Part shown: positions 38,914-47,665 of the stretch, in pieces
Layout of the letters: each line of letters starts with the position of its first letter
Position numbering within the stretch: the first letter of the stretch is position 1
Origin: Rhodospirillaceae bacterium
Lineage (GTDB): Bacteria > Pseudomonadota > Gammaproteobacteria > Steroidobacterales > Rariloculaceae
Length of the DNA: 64,000 bases
Assembly: GCA_002718345.1 (NCBI GenBank)
Contig: PBDA01000016.1
Span: forward strand, 4,072 to 68,071
Reading direction: 5' to 3'
The notes under the pieces: model-generated
Told to the model about the DNA's origin: nothing
The model's database searches: none
The model's input: the letters and a program-made list of their open reading frames with translations, nothing else
Position numbers and translations under genes: made by a program

Positions 38914-40905
38914 CTAATTTTCTATGTTCATTCTGTGGTCCCAATGTTTACCTGCTGACTCAAGAATCACTGAAAGGTCTTGGTTCAATAGGTATCCATC
39001 GCTGATGAGCTTCATGGTGGATTCCGCAACTAATCCTAAATACTCGGCACGACTCGAGTAGCGTTCTTCGATAGATGGACGAGGGTCTCTTTGAGCTTCA
39101 CGCTCAGTAAGTGTTCGGGCGAAAGGTATGTAAAGCCCTGCTCCTGAGACCGGGTTTGTCGGTCTCCACCCAGTATAAGTCGCAAGAGGTACAGCAATAT
39201 CTGGGGATCGCAATCCATCAATTTCATTACCGCTGGCATCCACTTGAGGAACCATAAATGGGTAGGGGTGACTTGCATTAGGGGGCTCTTGGCTAATAAT
39301 CCCGCTACTCCCTAACTCTGGTCCAAAATCAAGCGCATAGGCTGTACTAACCTCTTTTAGCACATTTAAACCCGGTATCTCGGGAAATTGAAAATCTGTC
39401 ATCTCAACCAATGTATCTTGCTCTAGGGTAGAGTAACGACTAGGGGGTGGTTGGTTGTCATTGGTTATCCATCGATCCATAGCAACTAATAAACCGCGAA
39501 GAAACCAACGGTAATCGTTAGGGTTTGGCTGAAGATCCTCATGTCCAGACATAGATAGCAAAGTTGCTGGGTAGTGCTGAGTACCTGCAAAATCGTAGGT
39601 GCGTACGTTGTCCATAAGTGGCAGGTCTTTTCTCCCATCTAAAGAGATGTGAGTTAATGCGCCAACAGACCGCCAATATTCAGTAGATGAGTTTGTATAG
39701 AAAATTTTTGGCATAGCGTTTGATGGAATGCTTGCCAAGAGACCATCAGAGTTGCCAGTAGCGGGGTCTGTTTGGGTAATATCAGCAAATGGGAAGACCC
39801 TATTAGGATATTCAAAAGCTCCTCCTGGGGCCCGAGATGCTTGTGCAAATCGTTGGTTAAAACTTCCCCGTGCTGCCCCAGCAACATGAGCAATGATTCC
39901 ATCAAAGACTTTGCGATTTTGTGTGTCTTCATTAAATCCATCATGAAGAAATGTTCTTAATAAACGTCCGCTTTGGGATGAGCCAAAAGTAATGGCACGA
40001 TTAATATCTCCACTTGATATACCTAGTTCGCTGGTTGAACCATACTTAAGTTGTGAGATGGTTTCGCGGATCGCTGAAAGACCCAGACCTGCTAGTGGAG
40101 GGTCTTCAGACACATAGATAACATCATAGATTTTACCGGGCTCAAATCCTGTTTCTAGATAGACCATGGTAGGATCTAGAATTATTTCTTCTCCTGCTTG
40201 ACGAGCGAATTGCCAATCGTTCCGGGAGATGTTTTGACGCGGCCCTGATATTCCATCACGGACTGTCATTTTATTTCGAGGGTCCAAAGGGTTACTTACT
40301 GGGTATGCAATATGATTTCGGTTTCCAAGGGAGTGCGAGTAGGTTTTTTCGGAAACAATAATATCGCTTCTTACTATGCCCTCTATTACTTTGCCATTAT
40401 CTGTAGCTATAGGTGGATAGGTACGTAATTGATTTTCTATTAGAGGCGTATCGTGTTGCCAACCTACCCACAGTAAAGTGAAACCTTCCCTCAGTAGAAA
40501 TCCATCACCCATCTCATCAGCCGTTGTTGGTTGGAGTGAACTTATAGCCCTGTTAAAACGATTTAAGGCGCCAGGCCTGCCTCTATTTGCCACTTCAAAA
40601 AAAACTGCACCATTTCCAGATTTCATGTCTTTGGGTTTTATTAGGTAGAAATCAGCCGAAAATTCCACCATCCCATCTGAGTTAGTAGCTGTTTTATCAA
40701 TATCAATAATAATTTTATTAGCAGAGATTTTTGGATCTATAGCGTAGTGAATTTTGCCGGATAGGGCCTCATAGGGACCAGCTAGCCCATACCTCGTCCC
40801 ATTTGCTATGTCATTGCTTTGGTTAATATCAATATTGACAATATTTGCTGTGGCTAAGGAGGCAGCTAGAAAAAACGGTGCAAATAGATAATGTGTAGCC
40901 TTCAT
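38914..40905 (-). CDS. Large exported alpha/beta hydrolase-domain protein
   Basis: Signal peptide; GSSQSG nucleophile elbow; AGTQH; GNEIDG. Confidence 0.75.
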   Translation of the reverse strand: MKATHYLFAPFFLAASLATANIVNIDINQSNDIANGTRYGLAGPYEALSGKIHYAIDPKISANKIIIDIDKTATNSDGMVEFSADFYLIKPKDMKSGNGAVFFEVANRGRPGALNRFNRAISSLQPTTADEMGDGFLLREGFTLLWVGWQHDTPLIENQLRTYPPIATDNGKVIEGIVRSDIIVSEKTYSHSLGNRNHIAYPVSNPLDPRNKMTVRDGISGPRQNISRNDWQFARQAGEEIILDPTMVYLETGFEPGKIYDVIYVSEDPPLAGLGLSAIRETISQLKYGSTSELGISSGDINRAITFGSSQSGRLLRTFLHDGFNEDTQNRKVFDGIIAHVAGAARGSFNQRFAQASRAPGGAFEYPNRVFPFADITQTDPATGNSDGLLASIPSNAMPKIFYTNSSTEYWRSVGALTHISLDGRKDLPLMDNVRTYDFAGTQHYPATLLSMSGHEDLQPNPNDYRWFLRGLLVAMDRWITNDNQPPPSRYSTLEQDTLVEMTDFQFPEIPGLNVLKEVSTAYALDFGPELGSSGIISQEPPNASHPYPFMVPQVDASGNEIDGLRSPDIAVPLATYTGWRPTNPVSGAGLYIPFARTLTEREAQRDPRPSIEERYSSRAEYLGLVAESTMKLISDGYLLNQDLSVILESAGKHWDHRMNIEN

Positions 40906-41094
40906 TAGGATCCTATTATTATTCGTAGGCTTAATTTAAGACTCAAGATAGGTCTTGTAGGGACTAACGTCCAGTTATTACAGTAAGAATTTGGCATTAT
41001 TAGTTATTAATCTAAATCTTGTGATTATCCGTAATTAGCCCATCTCCCTTATACTAGGGATATTAATACCGTAGAGCTAAAGGATCATCAAAAA

Positions 41095-41505
41095 GTGGTT
41101 TTTAGACATAAAAAAGAAGTTTTCAGTCAATACATGAAACTCAAAGTCTGCTTTATTCTAAGCATCTGTTTTTGCTGTATTTATTTTATCCAGATTGCTA
41201 ATGCAGCTAAAAATCCTTATTTAGAGAAGGGGGAGCCAATTCGTACACTTGCAACCATAGATGGACGTATTACAGACACGAATAATGGACGAACTGTGTA
41301 TGAGGCTACCTGTGCCTTTTGTCACGGACTGCAAGGCGAAGGAGGATTGGGTGGCGGAATCTCGCTTTTTTCCGCTACAAATATAGAGGTTGTAATGGAT
41401 CGCGTGAGGAATGGGCTTGAAATAATGCCAGGTTTTGGAGGTTCATTAACTGAGGAGGAAATCCAGGACGTTAGTGCTTATGTGGTAGAAGAGCTTCCTC
41501 ATTAA
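41095..41505 (+). CDS. Monoheme cytochrome c
   Basis: CAFCH; MPGFGGSLTEEEI..V.AYV. Confidence 0.85.
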   Translation: MVFRHKKEVFSQYMKLKVCFILSICFCCIYFIQIANAAKNPYLEKGEPIRTLATIDGRITDTNNGRTVYEATCAFCHGLQGEGGLGGGISLFSATNIEVVMDRVRNGLEIMPGFGGSLTEEEIQDVSAYVVEELPH

Positions 41506-41577
41506 TACAATAAAAACAGTAATATAAATTAATAAATTAATGTAATTTATACAAAATAAGATCTTTAATAAAAAATT

Positions 41578-41778
41578 ATGCAGCGCACAGTAATAATTAT
41601 AGGCTTAGTCGTTTTAGTGGCTGGGCTTCTTTGGCCATGGATTAGCAGGATTCCGCTTGGAAGGTTGCCTGGCGATCTAATCATGGAAAGATCTTCTTTT
41701 CGAATTTACTTTCCCCTAACTACAATGATCTTAGTCAGTGTAGTGATATCACTGATTCTGTGGTTATTACGCCGTTAA
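41578..41778 (+). CDS. DUF2905-like small membrane protein
   Basis: LGRLPGD...YFPLTTMILVS. Confidence 0.8.
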   Translation: MQRTVIIIGLVVLVAGLLWPWISRIPLGRLPGDLIMERSSFRIYFPLTTMILVSVVISLILWLLRR

Positions 41779-41843
41779 AAGCGGTTAATTAGTTTGTAAA
41801 GACCTAATTACTGATATTTAATAGGTTAGTAATTTTTTCTAAT

Positions 41844-42527
41844 ATGTCCTACTTAAATCAGCCGGTAACGCCAGCGGTTAAAATTGCAGGTAGACAGGAA
41901 AAGTTTGCGGTTCGTCGTGTCTATTGTGTTGGATGGAACTACGAAGAACATATACGTGAGATGGGGCAGGAACCTGAGAGAGAGCCCCCAGTTTTCTTTA
42001 TGAAACCTCCTGATGCTCTGGTGCCAAACGGTGGTTTAATTCCGTATCCAACGGCTACACAGAATTTACACTATGAAGTTGAGTTGGTTGTCGCGATTGG
42101 TAGGTCAGCAAAAGATATTGCTACGTCGGCAGCTAAGGAGATCATCTATGGGTATGCTGTGGGACTTGATATGACAAGGCGAGACTTGCAAGCCCATGCT
42201 AAAAAGAATGGGCAACCCTGGGCCTTAGCTAAAGGATTTGATCATTCTGCTCCAATTAGCGCTATTCATCCTGCCCGCGATATTGGGCATCCATTAAGTG
42301 GCAGTATTTGGCTTGAGGTGAATGGTAAGAGACGCCAGGACGGTGACTTATCCAGAATGATCTGGTCCGTGCCAGAAATCATTCAACACCTGTCGGGATA
42401 CTTTGAACTTTTTCCGGGAGATTTGATCTTTACAGGGACACCTGCAGGTGTAGGTGCTGTTGTCCAAGGGGATCAGTTACGGGGTGGAATAGAGATGATT
42501 GATACGCTTGAAATTACCCTAGGCTAG
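41844..42527 (+). CDS. Fumarylacetoacetate hydrolase family (acylpyruvase-like)
   Basis: RRVYCVG.NY..H; FFMKP; HYEVEL; DMTRRDLQ; TGTPAGVG. Confidence 0.9.
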   Translation: MSYLNQPVTPAVKIAGRQEKFAVRRVYCVGWNYEEHIREMGQEPEREPPVFFMKPPDALVPNGGLIPYPTATQNLHYEVELVVAIGRSAKDIATSAAKEIIYGYAVGLDMTRRDLQAHAKKNGQPWALAKGFDHSAPISAIHPARDIGHPLSGSIWLEVNGKRRQDGDLSRMIWSVPEIIQHLSGYFELFPGDLIFTGTPAGVGAVVQGDQLRGGIEMIDTLEITLG

Positions 42528-43590
42528 GATCCATTTGAGCGCCATGCCCTATGCCTGGCGCGCAGTCATATCGGCCCATTGGAAGTGATGTTCTTACTAG
42601 AATACGTGACCCATAAAGATTCTCCGTGTAGTAATCTGGATCTTCAGCCTCCCAGGTGACCTCAAGGTCACCGTTATCTTTATTGATGCGCAGACGTTCG
42701 GTTAGTTTAAAGTTTGTTGTACGCACAAAGTCAGATCGTACAACACCCTCTGAAAACATGGCTGTCTCAATAATTATTTCGTCTTCTTCATAACGACCAA
42801 TTGAATGGCCCATTTCACTAGGTGCCACGTTGGCGGGATGATTATCCAGATTCATGTGTATTACACGTTCTGTATCCATAAACTCATGATGAATAATAAT
42901 ACGATCGCCTTCCTCTCTTATTTCGGTTGGAAGTCCGGGTTGAGACCAGGCACGGATAGGACTTATTGGACTGCATCTGTAGACTGGATTTGATGTTAGA
43001 GGGTTATTTGATGCGGATGCTCTTGCGCCTAACTCTGTTAAATACTGAAATGAGTCCGGGTCGATTCCAGCTCCAGGAAATGATTTTCTATACCAAACGC
43101 CAAAAATTGTTTGAGAAGCTCCTTGATCCAGTAGGGGAGAGTGCATACTTTGACCACTGCCAGTCCTTAGACTTAATACGCTCCCATCAGCCAGGTATCC
43201 TGTGCCAAACTCACATCCGAGCGGGTCTCGGCGTGCCTGAAAGCCTTCTATTCGGATGCGGTCTCCTACCTGTAAAGAACTTTCATTAATGCCTTTGATG
43301 CGCAACTGGGAACTTGCTTGCATTTCACACCACCGGGTTTCTTGCTCTCCATCAGCATTTGTAGTTTCAACATATACAAATGAATGAGGGTTTATGTACC
43401 GGAATTCCTTAATTGTTCCCTCAATAAATACTGAGTTAGACACATCATAATGAGCATTAAAGCCGTGATGAGAAAAGGCTAACCCCAGTTGGAAATAGCC
43501 TAGTATAAAAACAATGAATATGAGGGGTTGGTTCATAGTAATGGACTGAGTTTGAAGTATGGGTTTGTTGATTTGGATCATATTAGTCAC
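42514..43590 (-). CDS. Fusion of DUF6152-like domain and partner domain
   Basis: AFS|HH..INPH N-domain; NP..RC.P..PIR and MGHSIGRYE C-domain. Confidence 0.75.
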   Translation of the reverse strand: MTNMIQINKPILQTQSITMNQPLIFIVFILGYFQLGLAFSHHGFNAHYDVSNSVFIEGTIKEFRYINPHSFVYVETTNADGEQETRWCEMQASSQLRIKGINESSLQVGDRIRIEGFQARRDPLGCEFGTGYLADGSVLSLRTGSGQSMHSPLLDQGASQTIFGVWYRKSFPGAGIDPDSFQYLTELGARASASNNPLTSNPVYRCSPISPIRAWSQPGLPTEIREEGDRIIIHHEFMDTERVIHMNLDNHPANVAPSEMGHSIGRYEEDEIIIETAMFSEGVVRSDFVRTTNFKLTERLRINKDNGDLEVTWEAEDPDYYTENLYGSRILVRTSLPMGRYDCAPGIGHGAQMDPSLG

Positions 43591-43639
43591 TACTTAACCT
43601 TTTATGTAAGGATTAACACCAATCAATTAAATGGTCACT

Positions 43640-43816
43640 TTAGTCAGAAGATTCCTTATTTGGAGAAAGAGGTATCAAAATTTGATTTGAGTAAACTCTC
43701 TTGGAAACGATTAAACAATGACCTTCACTAACGGGATATCTATCCAAAATTACAAACCCAACAGAATTCTCAAAAATGTGTTCCCTGTCATCAAAAAATG
43801 GACTGTCATTCGTCAT
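43640..43816 (-). pseudogene. Truncated HIT family protein
   Basis: DRYPVSEGHCLIVSKR N-terminal HIT motif; stops before the HxHxH triad; start overlaps the HNH gene end. Confidence 0.7.
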
Positions 43817-44764
43817 TGTTTTCAGATAACTCCTCAAACTTCTTTCTGTGTTTTTTGAGATATTTTTTCATACCTTTTGAGATCTCAATTTTTATGTGAT
43901 CATTTAATCCAAGTCTTTCTAAATTATCTTTATTTACATTTTTAGAAACTAAAATTTCTCCGGTATCCCTAAAAGATATAATGTGTCTGTCAAATAATGA
44001 ATCAAATAAAGGTGACAACAAGATACCATTTTCAACATCTAATCGTTCCTCGTCATTAGATTCTGACCAGGGAACAATATGAGATGAAATCAAAATAGAT
44101 TTAATGTTAATACCTGTTACAGGACATTTCCCTCCCCATTTCTCAATAATTTGTTGTCTGTAATATCCTTGACCAACTCTAGAGGTTACTAATCCTTTTC
44201 TTTCTGTAGTGTTTGGTTTTTTATAATTCTTTTTTCTTTTTTTAGAAATAACACCTTGGTTTGATATTTTTGATCTTGTGGTCTTTCCAATAGAAGAAGG
44301 TTTCCATAAATAAATGTCCATGAGGTCATCGTTTTCGGTGTAATCATCATAATCAACGTTCTGATATATCATATGAACAGGTCTAGAGGTCCCTATCTCA
44401 TATGACAAGTAGGTCAACCTTCCACAATATACAAAAGGTTGAGTAACGTTTTTTATTTTGGGTGAAATTCTAACGAAAAGATGTGGAATCAAATTACCGT
44501 TTACAATTTCTTTTATTTTTGGACTTTCAATATGTTGGGTTGTTTGGGAATCCCAATGAAAAAATCACCTTCAAAAAAGTCATCAAAATGAAACCGTGAC
44601 TCCTTACCTTTCTTTTCTAAATCAACAAAAAATAAAGAGGAATTAGAGTTTTTTAAATTATAAATTCCCTCTCTGACCAAAGAAATATTTGGTTGATCTA
44701 ATAAGGTTGATAGATCTTTTTTGGAATATTTATCTCCGACTTTTAATTCTTGATAGGGATCCAT
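43806..44764 (-). pseudogene. DUF3427-like + HNH endonuclease (restriction/defence type), split by a 1-nt frameshift
   Basis: RVGQG.YR, CPVTG, SHIVPW, RLDVENGILL, DSLFD; adding one T to the T6 run (44559-44564) restores FFHWDSQ and joins both ORFs. Confidence 0.8.
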
Positions 44765-44837
44765 TATTTTAATACGGGGACAAAGTAATCTTATTCAACT
44801 GTAGTGGGTTTCGTTAGATAAAGCTTAAAGGTCTGTC

Positions 44838-46118
44838 TTACTCTTTAGATAGGTAAGCAGTGGTTCCCTCTGGTGATTCATACCAGCCCGGGTCACTGTA
44901 ATCGTTATGAGATTGTTCAGCACGAACTTTAAAAACTGTAAACATGCCGCCCATTCCTATTGGCCCATAAGGCCCTTCACCTGACATCATGGGAAGGGTA
45001 TTTTCAGGGAGCTCCATGTTCATGGAAGCCATTTCAGCCATGCCCTTGTCTCCCATAACCATATACCCTGGTATAAGACCCCTGAGTTTTTTTGCAGCCT
45101 CTTCAAAGTTAACGCCAATAGAGGTTAAAACATCATGGCTCATTGCGTTCATTGTGTGATGTGTTTTATGACAGTGAAAGGCCCAGTCTCCCTCTGAATC
45201 AGCAATTAGTTCAATTACACGTACTTGTCCCACACCGATATCAATTGTGGCTTCTGGCCATCGTGCAGTTTCCGGAACCCATCCCCCATCAGTGCCCGTG
45301 ACTTCAAAAGAGTGACCATGTAGATGTATAGGGTGATTCGTCATTGTTAAATTGCCAATGCGTATTCGTACCCGGTCTCCTTGTCGTACGTTTAGCGAAG
45401 AAATGCCAGGAAATACACGGCTATTCCATGTCCATAAATTAAAATCTGTATGAGTATTTACACGCGGTGTATAGCTACCCGGCTCTATGTTGTATGCACT
45501 CATTAGGAAGGCAAAGTCTCTATCAACAGATAGAGTGTTGGGGTCTTTGGGATGGACTATGATTAGCCCCATCATGCCCATAGCCATTTGGACCATCTCA
45601 TCCGCATGAGGATGGTACATAAAGGTCCCGGCATGATTCATATCGAATTCATATATCCATGTTTCTCCAGGACGGATGGCAGGCTGCGTAAGACCTGCTA
45701 CCCCATCCATGCCATTCGGTACACGAACTCCATGCCAGTGAATTGTTGTGTACTCAGGTAGTTTGTTGGTAACAAAGATACGTACACGGTCGCCTTCTAC
45801 ACATTCAATTGTTGGCCCTGGTGATTGTCCGTTATATCCCCAAAAATGTGCTGCCATGCCTGAAGCAATTTCGCGCTCAACTGGTTCTGCTACAAGATGA
45901 AATTCTTTGATCCCATCGTTCAAGCGCCATGGTAATGACCAGCCATTTAGTGTTACTACAGGTTTGAACGGGCTACCATTTGGAGGAGAGGAGGGTGGTG
46001 CTGTTACTGGGGACGTTGAGGATGTGGGTTCTGGTATCTGACCAAGAGCCCCACGGGGTACTGCACTAGCACTTACAAGCGCAGTAGCACCGGAGAGAAA
46101 ACTCCGACGAGATATCAT
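44838..46118 (-). CDS. Tat-exported two-domain multicopper oxidase
   Basis: SRRSFL; HWHG; YHPH; HPIHLHGH; HCHKTHH; Met-rich tail. Confidence 0.9.
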   Translation of the reverse strand: MISRRSFLSGATALVSASAVPRGALGQIPEPTSSTSPVTAPPSSPPNGSPFKPVVTLNGWSLPWRLNDGIKEFHLVAEPVEREIASGMAAHFWGYNGQSPGPTIECVEGDRVRIFVTNKLPEYTTIHWHGVRVPNGMDGVAGLTQPAIRPGETWIYEFDMNHAGTFMYHPHADEMVQMAMGMMGLIIVHPKDPNTLSVDRDFAFLMSAYNIEPGSYTPRVNTHTDFNLWTWNSRVFPGISSLNVRQGDRVRIRIGNLTMTNHPIHLHGHSFEVTGTDGGWVPETARWPEATIDIGVGQVRVIELIADSEGDWAFHCHKTHHTMNAMSHDVLTSIGVNFEEAAKKLRGLIPGYMVMGDKGMAEMASMNMELPENTLPMMSGEGPYGPIGMGGMFTVFKVRAEQSHNDYSDPGWYESPEGTTAYLSKE

Positions 46119-46145
46119 TTAAAGTGCTGCCTAGATTTAATTAAT

Positions 46146-47375
46146 TTAGTGCACATGATAGGTCGCTACTGGCCGAAAACCATTCTGTTGCCCTTGTTGT
46201 ATTGAAACGGCCGATACTCCAACACCAGCCATGGCTCTTTGTAATTCTACTTCGGCAAGCCAAAAAACTTTCATTGCTTCTAGTGCAGAATTTACGGCAT
46301 CAATTCTTTCAGTAGCATCTGTTACCAAGTCAAACACCCCGACGAGCATGCCGTTATATAGTTTAAGTTGTTCTTCTGATCTACGATTAGCCAGTGGTAC
46401 TATTTCATTAATTGAAAGTGTTGCTAGATCATATGCTCCACGATAAGCCAACCAGGCAGTACGCACATCAGCGCGTGCATTTACCCCTGCTTCCCCTGAT
46501 AAACCTTCTAACCTTCCTGCATGAACATCAAAACGTTGAGAAACAGCTCGAGCCTCTAACCCTTCTGGACCTATGACGGAACGTGGAATTTCTGGAAGTC
46601 TATCGGGTAGCTTTACAGAATCAGCATCATCGCCCCAAAGACCAAGCACTTGAACAAAGCGTTCATATTCGACAGCAGCAGTGATTTCGAGAGTCACTAG
46701 AGTTGTAACAGCATCAGCATAAAGTGTTTGTGCACGAAGTAGTTCTAACTCGGTTGCATTACCAACTTGACGCATGCTCTCCATGATTTCACGACCAGCT
46801 TCCAAGGCAGTCACTACATCTTTGTAATACTGCACGGCTTGTTTGGCTGCTACAGCATTAACCCAGGATCTTTTTGCAAGAAACAGTAGTGCAACTATTT
46901 CATCTGCTGCCCGAATGCGGCCAGAACGTTCTTCTAATGTTCCAATAGGATTTAGAGCCGGCATAATTACCCATGTCATTGCGTTCACAGAGCTCATGCG
47001 CTCAATTCTTGTTTCCATGGTGCTTGGTGGCCGACCTCTGTTGAAATTTGGGTTAGTGATATGCACAAGTTGTAGACGATCAAATCCAGGCATGCCGAGG
47101 GTTTCAAGAGCACGCTCTATAAGAGGATTATGGAGTAGTGCTAGTTCTGCAGCTGACTCAGCATTTAGTTCTGAGCTAAGTATTTCTTGTTCCCTTTGTG
47201 TTCGACGAATAATCAGAGCTTCTTGTTCTGGACTAAGTTCAGGCCGCTCTTCAAATCGAATACCAGTCGGATTACTTTCAACAGACATCGGTGGAGATAC
47301 TGAGACACAACCGGAGATGAGTAAAAAACCGATTATGCTCAGATTAAAAAATGCGCGGATTTCGCGCACCTTCAT
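46146..47375 (-). CDS. TolC-family outer-membrane lipoprotein of copper operon
   Basis: Lipobox ISGC; ALLHNP; YNGMLVGVFDL. Confidence 0.75.
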   Translation of the reverse strand: MKVREIRAFFNLSIIGFLLISGCVSVSPPMSVESNPTGIRFEERPELSPEQEALIIRRTQREQEILSSELNAESAAELALLHNPLIERALETLGMPGFDRLQLVHITNPNFNRGRPPSTMETRIERMSSVNAMTWVIMPALNPIGTLEERSGRIRAADEIVALLFLAKRSWVNAVAAKQAVQYYKDVVTALEAGREIMESMRQVGNATELELLRAQTLYADAVTTLVTLEITAAVEYERFVQVLGLWGDDADSVKLPDRLPEIPRSVIGPEGLEARAVSQRFDVHAGRLEGLSGEAGVNARADVRTAWLAYRGAYDLATLSINEIVPLANRRSEEQLKLYNGMLVGVFDLVTDATERIDAVNSALEAMKVFWLAEVELQRAMAGVGVSAVSIQQGQQNGFRPVATYHVH

Positions 47376-47665
47376 TGTTCAATCTCAGTCGTATGCCCTT
47401 CGTGAGTACTCTCATGATCCATATTAGAATGGTCCGGCTGGACTTGATCAGTATCATGACTTGAAATAATAGGCCAAGAAACCGTTATATCTTCTAAGTT
47501 CTTGTAGTGACCCATCAAGCTGTCATATCTAAGTATTGCAGATGGGGTAGAGGGATCAGCAGCCTCAAAACCCTCCCAATGCGCTATGGAGGGGAAGGGT
47601 GCCAGGATACCGCCAAAGAGAATCATAATCTTAAAGCTGATATTTTTTGTTGATCTCAGTCTCAC
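47372..47665 (-). CDS. Small exported His-rich protein
   Basis: Signal peptide; AADP..P...LRYDS; tail DHSNMDHESTHEGH. Confidence 0.6.
   Translation of the reverse strand: MRLRSTKNISFKIMILFGGILAPFPSIAHWEGFEAADPSTPSAILRYDSLMGHYKNLEDITVSWPIISSHDTDQVQPDHSNMDHESTHEGHTTEIEQ

Larger units (their letters stand above)
43500..44822. other. GpC-free, AT-rich compositional island
   Basis: Manual scan: last GC at 43498-43499, next at 44823-44824. Confidence 0.9.

Noticed and set aside
46843-47427. 194-aa antisense ORF
   Set aside because: Shadow of the TolC-family gene
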